Positions 12,021 through 24,546 of a DNA stretch of 64,000 bases are shown in pieces. The notes beneath the pieces were generated by a model. It was not told the DNA's origin and did no database searches. It saw only the letters and a program-made list of their open reading frames with translations. Origin of the DNA: Vicugna vicugna (Eukaryota); contig MU057597.1 in assembly GCA_013265495.1 (NCBI GenBank), positions 396,563 through 460,562 of the forward strand, written 5' to 3'. The stretch's first letter is position 1. Each line of letters opens with the position of its first letter. The position numbers and the translations under genes are program-made.

Positions 12021-14569
12021 TGAGGGCACATCCGGGAAGTGGAGGGCTTTCTTCAGTTCAGTCTCACTGCAGAGTGAGAGGGAGCCAGGGAGTCGGAGGC
12101 CGGCACATTGTCCCGAACTTTCCTGCAGTGTTTGTTTTAGTGTTTTCAGGATAGGCAACTGCTAGGGTTCTGCAGCTTCTTTATTCTTTATTGGTTTGTT
12201 TCTCTTTTTCAAAGGTTCTTTGTTTGTTTATAGTTTTTAACTTGGGTTCTTCATGGGTTGATGAGTGCCTCTGGTTTGGTCTTCTGTCCTGTTCCCATCA
12301 CGCCTCATGGTTTTGTTTTCCTTGCAGAGTTTGTGTTAAGAAATGTACTAATGTGATTTCTGGTAATTAGAGAGGCTAGCTGAAAGAATGCTTTCCTGTT
12401 TAATAACACGGAGTGTTAGCAGGAACTTTTCATATACCAAAACATTACATTTCTTTTTTTCAAAGTTGTTATATGGTTAATATTTTACTTAGAAACTTTT
12501 TTTTTGTTTAATTTCTTAACTAATGTCGTCATATCTTTAAATTAATGTTCAGACTTTGGCAAACACCTCCTGGCAGCCTTGTTTCCCCATAAAACTCTGC
12601 TCACCCAGCCAGGATCTTCATTCTGAAACCACAGTCTGCCTACATTGTGGTATTTTTTTATACAGTTACTTTGATCTGCACGTGTGTATATACAATAAAC
12701 GCATCCATCTCCTTTGGGCCTTCTCTTGGTTTTTCTTTTTGGTTTCTGCTAAGAACATTCTTGTACAATCTTCTGGAATATTACATATGTTTTTATTCAG
12801 TGTATACATATTAATGGAACTTAGGGAGCATTCAGTGTGATACATTGCGTAGCAAATTGTATATAGATATAAACCTGCTTTTCCCTACGACATCACAGTC
12901 TCTTCCTTTTTAAATCTCTTTTGCTTCTGTCTCATACACATAGTATAATTCTTAGATAAAAATGGGATAGTTGCATCCTACTTGCTAAACCAGTTCTTTT
13001 CTCTCAAGGTCAGTACGTTAGGTGCAGGTGTGAATGATGCAGTTACAGGCACACAGACGCGCAGTCCCAGGCTGTGCTCCCACGTGTGCGTGTACCCCGT
13101 GCTCCACTCACACCCTCTCTCCGTCCTGACCCTTCCTCATGTAGTACTTGGATGTGGATGGAAACACAGTTATTTGCTGGCACATGTAAGTTGTCCTCCC
13201 GAACTTCCCAATATCCACAGCCCTCCTTCACCCATCCCTCCACCTTCCACATGACTCACACTGTAAACATAACTTGTCTTCAATCGTTGAACACCTTTCT
13301 TGGGACGTGACCTGAATCACTGTGTGCAGCCGTGAAGAAACCATTTCCAGGGCGAACGGCCGAATAACCTTAGTCACGCAGCTCATTATTTCTTGCATCT
13401 CCCTTGAAGTTTTCTTCTTAGCTCTTCGTAATTGTTGTAATATTGTGTAATCTGTATTGCTTGGGTGGGCGGTCATGCTTAAGTATGTTTCCTCAGTCTT
13501 TAGGTCCAGGTTCAACCCTGGTTCTCTGGCTATTTTTCTGTGTAAGTTGGAGTCGTGTACATGAACCAGTGAGTCTGCTTCCCTTCATTGAAAAATTGTG
13601 ATAATTTTTCTCAAGACTTATAAATGAAATTAGTGCTATATGCCTTAGAATAGTTCATTTTTAATAATAAAGATTCAAATTTACTATAGTATAAAAGATA
13701 TATTAATATTGTCATTTTTATGACGTCCCTTTGCGTTGTAACTTGGATGCATTTCTGTTGCAATTTGTTCTCAACAGTGTTGTTTCTGACCGCGTTAATA
13801 TATTTGCAAATTGCTCACTCTTTCTTCCATATATTTTGGAGCCAATGAGCTGGATATTTCAGGGCACTGCATATGTAGGGAACTGCTCTACTATTACCAT
13901 AACTGGAGAATATTTCATTTATTAATATTTAATTTTGATTTACAGATGATGGTCTTTCAGAAGGTTTTATGCGTCTTCCTGGGTACATTGTTGTTTAGGA
14001 TGTAATTAGAAAAATGTTTTGTTTTTTAAAAATTGTTTTGTCAAATTCTTCACTTTCTCTATGGTATATTTGTTTCCCAATTCTAAAGTGCCACTCACTT
14101 GTATTATTCAATAGATTGCTAGTTTTGGATTATTTAGCGTTTCAGTATATTGTGTGTTCTTTAGCATTTATTTATAATAAACATGCAAAATATGTGTATA
14201 GTGTAATACTGTTTTCTCCTCAGTTCTCAGACATTGATATGTCTACTGTTAACTGGTATGTCCTTTGGGGTCATGGCTGAATAATGCACTGTCTTTGATA
14301 GCTAACAGAAGTTTGTTTAATATGAGAGTTTTTGTCAGAGGGTCTTTGAGACTAGGGTACCCTAAAATTAATTACAATTGCAGCTGGTCACTTTTTCTTT
14401 AGTAAAGAATTTTATTCCTTTAGTGTTCCCCAAATTTTTAAGATCATGGTAGGTAGTTTCATAACTCTGATATAATTACGTCTTTTAGTGTGATATCATG
14501 TATTTCTCATGAAACACTCACTTATGAATTCTAATGAATAGATTATTTATTGTTACTTTTATCTTGTAG

Positions 14570-15585
14570 ATCTGTCTCAAATGCATGTGATCAAGAAATT
14601 ACAAGTAAAAGCCAACACTGATAGAGGAGATGTACTCCAAATAGTGATGTTGGGAGGATGTGAAAGGAATGAAATGAAACATTTTTACCTCAGGGGCCTT
14701 CAGGAAAATATATATGACTTTAAGTCACAGCAGACAAATGAGGCCAGGAATTACAATGGAATGCCTACAACCCATAAGGAAAATCTCATTGATAGGAGAG
14801 ATCAACACAGTAGAAATATTGCAGGAATCAAACCTATTGATAAAGGACTTGCCTTAAGCTTTTGGGAAAAACTGCATAATTTCAACAGTGAAGAGAAAAT
14901 TGATGAGTTTAATCAAGCTGACAAGAGTATCAACAATAGTTCCTCATTTTCACCACCTCAAGGAATTTCTCCTAGTGTCCAAACCAACATTTCTCATGTA
15001 TATGGCAGTGAATTTGTCCATCCTTCAATTCTGACACAATACCCAAAAACACACAGGGAAAGACCTTACAAATGTAATCAGTGTGGCAAAACCTTTCTTA
15101 AGACATCTTATCTCAAGCGTCATCAGTTAATCCATACAGGAGAGAAATTACATAAATGTGATGTATGTGAAAAATTCTTCACTCGAAGTTCCTACCTTGC
15201 AGTTCATCAGAGAATTCACACAGGAGAGAGACCTTACAAATGTAATGAGTGTGGCAAGTTCTTCAGTCGTAAAACAACCCTTGTAATTCATCAGAGAATT
15301 CATACTGGAGAGAAACCTTACAAATGTAATGAGTGTGGGAAAGTCTTTGCTCATAAAACAACTCTTTCAAATCATCAGAGAATTCATACTGGAGAGAAAC
15401 CTTACAAATGTAACGAGTGTGGGAAGACCTTTTATAATTGCTCCTACCTCACAAAACATCTGAGAATCCACACAGGAGCAAATGCATATAAATGTGATGT
15501 TTGTGGCAAGATCTTTAGACATAAAACAACCCTTGCAAGTCATCAGAGAATTAATGCTGGAGAGAGGCCTAATAAATGTAATTGA
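14570..15585 (+). CDS. KRAB-ZFP gene 1, terminal exon: linker + 5 intact C2H2 fingers + 1 degenerate finger; spliced protein 404 aa (385 aa from ATG 2325)
   Basis: Acceptor cttgtag at 14563-14569 is phase-compatible with the KRAB exon (G+AT = Asp); ORF track 14581-15585 shows CxxC..HxxxH repeats with TGEKP-type linkers; stop TGA at 15583-15585. Confidence 0.92.
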
Positions 15586-15614
15586 GTGTGGCCAAACCTT
15601 TCTACATACATCAC

Positions 15615-15800
15615 TTAGTTGAATTTCCTATTTCTGCCCTAACAAATTACCACTATCTGAGTGGGTCCAACCAACATATATTCCCTTGTATTTGGAGGCC
15701 AGAATTGTATCCTGCTGGATACTCCACCTCAGAATTTACTTTCTTGCCTTTCCTGGGTTCTCAGGGCAATTGTAATCTTTGCCTTATGGCCCCATGTGCA
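15615..15800. mobile_element. MLT1-like (ERVL-MaLR) LTR fragment
   Basis: ctgccctaacaaattaccac...tggaggccagaa...ttcttgcctttcc...ttatggcccc resembles MLT1 consensus features. Confidence 0.6.
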
Positions 15801-15959
15801 TTTTCATGACACTTTCAATTAACTAACGGTTTTTTAAAAATATCTGCTTATCATATTGGTATTTTCTAAGCACATTGTTTAAATGAGTGCAGCATGTCAC
15901 TCCATCATTGCACAAGTACACTTCTATTGTTTGTATTATCATCATATCTTTTATAATCG

Positions 15960-16395
15960 TCGAACTCTGGAAAGAATCCAGAGATCCATCCAGTGATGAA
16001 TGGGTAAACAGACTGTGAAATGTTACTATTCAGGAATGAAGAGTTACACGGTACTGATAACAGTTACAGCATGGATGACCATTGAAGGCGTTACGCCAAG
16101 TGCAAGAAGAGACAGAGAATGCCACACATTTTGTGACTATATTTACATGAAGTGCCCAAAATAGCCATATCTATACAGGCAGAAATTGGCTTAATATTTG
16201 CTCATGGCTGGGGATGGAGTGTGGAGTAATGCTAATGAATACAGGTTTTTTTTGTTTTGTTTTATTTTGTTTTGTTTTAAGGAGTATTGATAATATGGGG
16301 GTTATATTGTGGTTGGAAAAGTTGCAAACATACTAAATCCCACTGTACTGTACACATGAAAAGAGTGCATTGTTTTCCAAGTATGCAATAAAAGA
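15960..16395 (+). mobile_element. Old L1M 3' end
   Basis: gatgaatgggtaaac, agcatggatga, ggctggggatgg motifs and AATAAA at 16387. Confidence 0.6.
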
Positions 16396-16899
16396 AGCCT
16401 ATGCTGTTCTCTCCATGTTGAATTCAGAAAATAGTTCTGATCTACTAACCATGCCCGACAAGATGCTGGAGACATGCATTCCAGTTTCCACTGTTCGAAT
16501 GGAAGGAAGACTCAATGGTAGGAACAATGGCAGAATGGGGAGGACCTGGAGAGACAGCTTTTAAGGTAAAATGAACATGTTGTGTTTCCGGAAGGTGAAC
16601 CTGCACATGAACAACAAGTCTCTTGCGCCCTCGTTTTGAGCTAGTAGTTCATTCTCTCTTAGCTCATTATCTCGTTTCATGCCAAGTCTCTCACTGAAGC
16701 TGAAATGTGAAGAGCTTCTGTCTTCATGGTGATTGAACTCATCATTTGCATCTGTCATTCCTCTGTGTGACACTTCATGCCACCCCAGTCTGAACACAAC
16801 CCCTTGATTTATACATCCTTGGGTTTTTCACTGAAGTAAAGGGGAGAAAGACAAGCTAAATATGTAAGTTGGTCAAAACAGTATCTTTAAGAAAATAAT

Positions 16900-17555
16900 A
16901 CAGTATATGAGTCACAAAGTGAGGTTCCTCGAAAGGCTAAAGAGGGAGCTACCATATGGCCCAGCAAGTCCACTCCTGGGTACATATTTGGGGAAAACCC
17001 ACTAATTGGAAGATGTACACGCACCCTAATGTTCATTGTATCATTGTTTATAGTAGCCAATATATGGAAGCAAGCCAAGTATCCACTAACAGATGGACGG
17101 GTAGAGGGTACATGCACACATACACGCTCACACAGTGGAACAGTACTCACCCATAAAACAATGAAAACTTGCCATCTGCATCACCACGGTTGGGTCGTGA
17201 GGATGTTAGGCTTAGTGAAGTTCATCAGACGAAGACAAATGCGTTATGACATCACTTACATGTGGAATCTAGAAAACAAAACCAATAAATATATATAGGG
17301 ACACAGAAACAGACTCACAGATGTAGGTAAAGCCAAGGGCGAGGGGCAAGGAATCAGTGTGAGATTAAGGGATCTCAACGACTATGTAGAAAACAGATAC
17401 GCAGTATCCTGGGTAGCATATTGTCCAGCACAGGGACTCGCAGCCATGACTTTGAAATAACTTCTAATGAAGTGGAATCTGTAAAAATACGCTGTCAATA
17501 GGCCACCCACCCGCAACTAACACAATACTGTAAATCGACTGTAGTTTAATTACAA
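16900..17555 (+). mobile_element. L1 ORF2 end + 3' UTR
   Basis: MFIVSLFIVANIWKQAKYPLTD peptide; cacttacatgtggaatcta; 3' UTR motifs. Confidence 0.75.
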
Positions 17556-17769
17556 TTTTATGTATAGTAAATTACAGGATCTGCAGAATGGAATTACTGT
17601 AGTTGATAAATCTGAATATAATGCTTCTAACCATAACTTAAAACATTTTTTAATAGCCTTTCAAAAATGGCACTTCTAAAAACTTGATTCACATTTATAA
17701 CCTGAAAAACACCTCCACCCATTACTTTTCATGAAACAAGTGTAAAAATGTCTTGGGAAACTTACCTAA

Positions 17770-18213
17770 AAAGTTAAACTAGCCAAATGAGGATTAGAGC
17801 TCGGAGACAGCACTTCAGGTAGCTCTGAGTAACTGAAGAGGTAAGGGGGGAAGGGCGGTATCGATCTGCTTTTGGTGAAGGAGGGTAGAGGCAGGCAGGT
17901 GCACGTTGTTCCAGAAGGTTGCTGCTAGTCTCGTGAAGGTCACTGCCAGTGACAAGGAGCAGATGGCTTCATTAATGATTGTAGTGCTTTTCTAGATACA
18001 AGGAGATGCTAGAATTTGGGCTCAACAAATTTCCTTCTGAAAATACCTAAGTATCCAAAGGCTTGTTCTGCCAGTTTTCCCCAGAGCACAGAGCACCTCA
18101 TTCCTGACCTCCGCCCTGAACGCCTTTCAGGGGCTGCTGAAGGAGGGCAGTTGTAGCCGCTTGGGATTTAATTCTTGGAGAGGTGAGTGGCAAGTGCCAA
18201 TTTTTAGTTGGCA
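17770..18213 (-). mobile_element. ERV1-type LTR (copy shared with 37473-37941)
   Basis: ccaaatgagga...gacagcacttcaggtagctctgag...tttttagttggca; same element and same right flank as 37473-37941. Confidence 0.7.
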
Positions 18214-19172
18214 GGGTCTGTGTTAAAGAGCATATGCCTCCCTACTAAATGCCTTCAGAAACACCAAAACTTATTCTTTGCGTGGAAATAAATCCCAGTG
18301 TCTTCTGAAGAATATCATTTTACAGGCCCTGTTACCCACACTTGACGGAAGTTTCAGAACTGGAGAACAGCTATCATGTTACATTCTGAAAAGAAAAAAT
18401 GAAACTTTCTAATTACCCTCATAACAAACATAGTCAATTTGAAATTAGAGTGTGTTTTAGTAATTATATACTTATGTGTAATTTCATAAAAAAGTTTTTG
18501 TGAAAGATATTTAAAGGTAATTTTCCTAAGTGAAATGGAGTGAGTGTTCTAAAGAACAATGCAGTTGTCAGAAACAGAAAAAAGTTCTGTTTTGTGGTTT
18601 TACTTTTATTGTATCTATTTGAGATGACAGACACTCACTAAACTTATTGCAAGAATGATTTCAGTAAACCTAAGGCAGAGCATTGCAGTGTACACCCTAA
18701 ACCCATTCAGTGACGTATGCCAGGTACAGCTCAATGAAACGGGGGAGAACGGTGGTTTTAAAAGGCAAATAAAACACTTCAGCAAAAAGAACAAAAGAGC
18801 AATGAAATTAGTAACAATTAAAAAAATATATTGCTGTTTTTTAAGTGACTGAAATAATCAAATGCGTTAGTCCTCCGGTCTCGGACCCCAGGTTTTGTCC
18901 CTGAGTCTCTGGAACTGACAGTGTGTCCAGCTGGTTTCCTGGCTGAATGAAGAATGGAAGGGAAAAGCTGTTCTGTGCGGTGTCAGTATAAAACTCTCCA
19001 CTCTCCCCAGGGAGAGTTCTGTATTTCTCATTCTAGTTTGCGATACAAGTCAAGTCTAGCTCTCGTTTCCCTGAAGTGCTTAAGTTAATTCTGCTTGAAG
19101 GAAGTGCTCCTTGGTCCACCACTGCCAAACAGTAACCAGCTAGAGACCCAGGTTTCCAGCTTCTGATATGCT
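18214..19172 (+). repeat. Promoter-upstream module copy A (segmental duplicate, truncated before the CpG core)
   Basis: Collinear with 25690-26530 and 37942-38900 (cagtgtcttctgaaga, tttctaattaccct, cccaggttttgtcc, ctggctgaatgaagaat, gcttgagcctca). Confidence 0.85.
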
Positions 19173-21398
19173 TGAGCCTCACAAGTGGGGTAAGCGAGCC
19201 ACCTGCTGGCAAAGACAGCCCTGTGTGGCCGGGGAGCAGTGGCTTGCCTCAGAGTCGGGGGTCACGCCCTCCCCTTTCCCGGCCTAGGGCGGGGGGCTGA
19301 GGAGAGGGCAAGTGTGGCTGGAGGGGCTGTCATCCCCTGGTGCCTCTTTAAAGGAACGTTGGAAGTTGGGTTTTTTGGACTGGATTTACTTTCTCTTCCT
19401 CATTTGTTTATGTTAAGATATTTAGAGCTTGCAGTAAGTGGTAGTCCAAATTAAGGCTGCGCAGCAAGCAGCCGGCAACCTGGTTGGGTGGGCTTCCCCT
19501 CTGTGGCTCCTGGAGCCCAGTCCCTCTTCTCTACACGGTCTTAGTTCGGTTCCAGGCCTCCGTAACTATGCAAGGGGGTCCAAATCTGGGGAGTCTGGAA
19601 ATGGCCCTTTAAAAATTTGTGGCCCGGCCCTCCCCGAGTGCCTCGGGGATTATGGCCTCACTGCAAACCCTGAGTGGGAGGCGCAGGCGGGCACTCCCTC
19701 AGTGGGCCTACGGGTCTCTGGTCTAGGAAGAGTCCTGGCTGTACACCTTCCCTCTTTGCCCTGGATTTCTCTAATACCCTCCTCCGCCCTGATTCCTTAG
19801 ACTGTCTGATACCTAAACCTCATCACTGCCTTATCCCGCTCTTGCCCTGCCTTTTGGCTCTGTTTTCCTCTTTCCTTCACAGAAGGCAATCCACTTGACT
19901 GACTCAGAGCCTTGGTCTCTTCCCTCCCTCCCTCCCTGAAGGATTAGGCCCTGGGACTCTGGTCCCTTTTTCCAACCACAGGGTCATTAAACTACAAAGG
20001 GAAGGTAGGTGAGGGGAAGTTCCATACGTCCAAGTGTTTCTGACCCAATTCTAAGACCCAAGTTTAAGGAAGTCCTGCCGGGTGTGCCTGGCTCACGCCC
20101 CTTCAGAGCATCTCCTTCCCCCAAAGGAGCTCAGTGTTTCAGACGACCCCTTATGGGTCCACCTCCCCGAGGCCCACAGCTGGGAACTCCCACCTCCCTG
20201 AACTCCAAAGGGAGACAGTCATATGAACCATCTACCCCTAATGCCCCATCTGGGCAGCTGGGAACCCCAGACCCCAATGAATCAGCTCATGGATCTGGCA
20301 TTTGGATTAACAATAGAGACAGGGTTAAAGAGGCAAGAAGGATTCCAGGACAACAGCAAAGGGTACGATTCTTATCGGCAGCCCTAATCCCTGCCCCAGC
20401 TCAGGGTTGCCCTCACTTTCAAAGGCCTGTGGCAAGGACAGGATCCAGGGTGCCTGGATCAGAGCCACTGTCTTGCTGAGAAGGGGCCTGTTTTAGGTGC
20501 AGCCAGGAGGGCTGCTGGAAGAATGAATGCCCCATGTCTGGGAAAGTCCACTGGGACTCTGGTATGCAAATGAGATGGCCACTCCAAGCGGGACTATCCC
20601 CAGCCCTGGAGGGGGCTTGTGGCTCCCAAATCAATGATGGCTGAGAGGATTGAAGACTGACAGGGCCCAGGACCTCCCTCCACCCCCAGCTTCCACAGGA
20701 CACCTGGTCATTTCTCCGGAGGAGCCTCGGGTAACCACGTGGCAAGTAAGAAAGTTGTTTTCTTATTAGATACAGGGGCTGCTTACTCTGTGCTGATTTC
20801 CCTGCACCCTTGTCCTCCCAATCCTGTGTAATAACAGGGATCAATAAAAGGTCCCAAACCAAGCACTTGCTAGGAAATTAACTTTTACACATCAGTTTCT
20901 GCGCATGCCCGAGCGCCTCATCCCCTTGTTGGGGTGAGACTCGTTCATGAAATTCCAGGCAATAATCCAATTTGAAGACCCTTACGGGAAGGGAAGGCAC
21001 CCACCAAGGAAAACAACTGCTCTTGGCCATGGGAGCCTGCCTCAGTCCCAAGCTAGAGGAGGTCTCCCTTCCACCCCAAATCGTTTCTCAAGTAACACTG
21101 CTGTCTGGGACACTGACATCACTGACCGAGCCAGTACTGTCAGGCTACCTGCAAAAATGGGACCGCATGAGGCTGTAGGCAAGCCTCTTCAGATCAAAGG
21201 CTAAACTGAGGCCATAATTAGAGAATTTCTCAAATCCGAGGAAGATCCTGAAAAGTTTTTGTAAATAGATTTCCAAAATGGGAGGCCAAAAATGGGAGAC
21301 CACCAGCCTGACTAAACTGATCATAGCTGATATTCAGAGCCTGACTAATTTTTGGGGAGGTCTTCTCTTAAGCTAAATGAGGAAAAACAAAACAGCCT

Positions 21399-21564
21399 TT
21401 GTTTAGTATAGCACAGGGAACTAACTATATTCAATACCTTGTAGTAACTTTAATGAAAAAGAATATGAATTTCTGTGTATATACATGCATGACTGGAACA
21501 CTGTGCTGTACACAAGAAACTGACACATTGTAACTGACTATATATACGTCAATGAAAAAAAAAA
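21399..21564 (+). mobile_element. Short L1 3'-end insertion inside the ERV
   Basis: tagcacagggaact...tgacacattgtaactgactata + A-run; agcct repeated on both sides. Confidence 0.7.
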
Positions 21565-22518
21565 GCCTGTCTTCATTTTGCAAATCTAATCTTTACAGGA
21601 TCAGAGTATGGCTCTGAAAATAATACAAAGCCCACCAACATTTTACCACTCCCCAAACCTCCCTTGTATATCTTAAGAGACTTGTAAATATCTAGAAAAA
21701 ATAAAAAACTTTTCCTGGCCTTAAGAGAACGAAGTCTTTCTAAGAAGAACTTGCTTTCTTATGCCTTTGAGATACAAATGTTCTACCATGTCTTCTCCAG
21801 GAACCCTGATCTTGCCATCTTTTTAAGATACAAATTTCAAAAAGGGGTTAAATAATTTAGAACTTGACTTGTTAAGGACAAATAAATACCTAGTCTCGTT
21901 TCCATAAATATTAGAAAAAAGTGTTAGTCTTCTAGATAGGCCAACTATGATTTGTTCCGTCTGCCAAAAACCCAATTTAAATCCAAACTCTTTTGTAACT
22001 AATGAGTTTTACATTGTTGTACCCAATTAATTCATGGCTAAATTTTAGAATGGAAACTGAGGTCTCTGCTTTGTATATTTGTGTGTCATAGATGTATGGT
22101 ATTACCAAAATTAATTTGTAAAATAGCCCTATTTAATTGGCTTAAGGGAAATTAATTGCTTATATAAATACTCAAAAATATAAAAGAAGCTGGCCAAAAT
22201 GAAGTTAAGGTTCACGTTATCTAAAGAACTTTCAGTACTAAATCAATATCTGGAATTAAAGCTAGCTTAAGCTTGTTGGTTTGTTTAATATAGACATGTC
22301 TTTAGAGTCATCAGTGTCAAGTATAATACTTCTGTTGTACCTCGGCTTACTAGAGATCAAATAAGACCCTTTTATATCTTTTACAAATTTGTCAGCAAGG
22401 AAAGTAACTCAATGTAAAAAAAGTTTTCAAAAAAGTAAACGTAAACAAAATAAAGAGCTTTTGGGTAAACTTTATAGGCACAATTATGTTTTGGAAACGT
22501 CTATTTAAAATAGTCTCT

Positions 22519-22634
22519 TGGGGGAAGGGTGTAGCTCAGTGGTAGACTGCCTGCTTAGCATGCACAAGGTGATGAAATGAAAAAATAAACAAACCTAATT
22601 ACCTCCCTCCAAAAAGAAAAAAATAAAAAACAGA
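22519..22634 (+). mobile_element. tRNA-derived SINE (Vic-1-like) with 15-bp TSD
   Basis: GGGGAAGGGTGTAGCTCAGTGGTAGA...cctaattacctccc + A tail; TSD tttaaaatagtctct at 22504-22518 and 22635-22649. Confidence 0.88.
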
Positions 22635-22692
22635 TTTAAAATAGTCTCTCCAAGTTTAGGCACTTAAAACTAAGTTAAGTGAAAAAAAAAAA

Positions 22693-22726
22693 NNNNNNNN
22701 NNNNNNNNNNNNNNNNNNNNNNNNNN
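22693..22726. other. Assembly gap (34 N)
   Basis: Run of N following a poly-A. Confidence 1.
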
Positions 22727-22817
22727 ATAAAATATTATTAATTGCTGGGCAGGTCTAAGTTTACCTACCTTTGCCTTCTTAGAAGAGAAAAATAAAACAT
22801 ATTTCCAATCAAAAAAA

Positions 22818-23097
22818 GCTGGTATGACAACCAATTCACAATTACTTGCTTTCTGGTCTTCACCAAAGATTAAGGTTTAAGGATTAAAATTATAATGTAT
22901 ATAATTAAAGCTACTAAAATAATAAGGGAAATATCTTGGTATACAGCAGAAAAAAAAAAAAAAGCTGGTATGACAACCAATTCATAATTACTTGCTTTCT
23001 GGTCTTCACCAAAGATTAAGGTTTTTAAGGATTAAAATTATAATGTATATAATTAAAGCTACTAAAATAATAAGGGAAATATCTTGGTATACAGCAG
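22818..23097. repeat. Tandem duplication of ~133 bp separated by A14
   Basis: 22818-22949 vs 22964-23097 differ by one substitution and a 2-nt T-run indel. Confidence 0.9.
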
Positions 23098-23609
23098 GAA
23101 AGTCAGATGTGTGTTTTCAGCAAAAGAAGGTATAAGGAATGGAATTACGTTTTGAGGGAAACGATGGTTGGTTTTTTCTATAGCTGGTTGTTTCTGGATG
23201 GAAAAAATAAGGGACAAACTAATATGGATACAGAAAGTGATGGAAGATTGGTGGAAAAGGAACCCTGAGAAAAGAGCTTTGCACATGATCAGGATTGGTT
23301 AAATTTAGATTGATTTAAATAAGGAAATGGATTAGGTTGTTAAAAGTAAGCTAGTGCAAAACTGGAAGTTAATTCTATTAAAAGGACGAAGTTTTCTTAA
23401 AATGTTAATCTGCTTTTGGTAACAGACTCTAAAGCTCTTTATCTCTTAAGTGATCTGTATTAGCCTCTAAAATATTTTTTATTTTGGTTTAATAAACAAC
23501 TATTGTTTCACAGTGGCCTATAATTTTATCTGACCAAGTACTTAAGAACTTTCTAACAAGCTTCTCAAATACCCAATTTTAATTAAAGTTCTTTTGACTT
23601 CCAGCTAAC

Positions 23610-24546
23610 TTTATTTTTTAATTGTTTTTTATTTATGTATTTACTTTATAATATCATTTTTTAAGTTGAAGTATAGTTAATGGACAATATTATGTCCAGG
23701 TATACAATATAGTGATGCACAATTTTTAAAGGTTATACCCATTTATAGTTATTGTAAAATGTTGGCTGTATTCCCCCTGCTGTACAATTCACCCTTGTAG
23801 CTTGTTTTCTACCTGATGGTTTGTGCCTCTTAATCCTCCCCCTCCATCTTGCCCCTCCCCCTTCCCTCTCCCCACTGGCAACCACTAGTTCCTTCTGTAC
23901 ATCTGTGAGTCTGTTTCTTTTCGGTTATATTCACTAGTTTGTTTTATTTTTTTAGATTCCACATGTAAATGATATCTTACAGTATTTGTCTTTCTCTTTC
24001 TGACTTATTTCCCTTAGCATAGTGCCCTGCAAGTCCTTCCATATTGTACACCGGAAACTAATATAACATTTTAAATCAACTGTACTTCAATTAAAAAGCA
24101 AACAACCAACCATCCATCCAATTTAAAATATGGGCAGAAGAACCGCACAGACATTTTTCCAAAAGAGGAAATGCAGTTGGCCAACAGGGGCATGAAAAGT
24201 TGCTCAACATCACTAATATCAGGAAAATGCAAATCAAGATCTCAATGAGATAGCATCTCACACCTGTCAGAATGGCCATCATCAAAAAGAAGACAAATAA
24301 CAAATGTTGGCAAAGGATATGGAGAAAAGGGAACCCTTGTACCCTATTGGTGGGAATGTAAATTGGTGCAGCCACTATGGAAAATAATAGGGAGGGTTCT
24401 CAAAAACCTAAAATTAGAACCACCATATGGCCCAGCAGTTCCACTCCTGGGCATATATCTGAGAAAAACAAAAACGTTAATTAAAAAAGGTACATACACT
24501 CCGCTATTAACAGCAATAATATTTATAATTGCCAAGATATGGAAGC
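23610..24546. mobile_element. L1 with internal inversion (minus-strand 3' end joined to a plus-strand ORF2 segment)
   Basis: 23610-24045 antisense 3' UTR; 24046-24097 sense 3' terminus; 24098-24546 sense ORF2 (VQPLWK..PYGPAVPLLGIY). Confidence 0.7.

Larger units (their letters stand above)
19175..23590 (+). mobile_element. Decayed class I (gamma-like) ERV internal region: leader, gag NC knuckle, protease, pol start, then AT-rich non-coding internal sequence
   Basis: CFRCSQEGCWKNECP knuckle at ~20488-20533; gag-end tgacagggcccagg at ~20658; VFLLDTGAAYSVL (DTG at 20769-20777); HQFL.MPE..PLLG*D at ~20890-20940; TAVWDTD..RA pol start at ~21095. Confidence 0.8.

Noticed and set aside
15067..15555. 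84-bp periodic array resembling CRISPR or a minisatellite
   Set aside because: The periodicity is the 28-codon C2H2 finger repeat.
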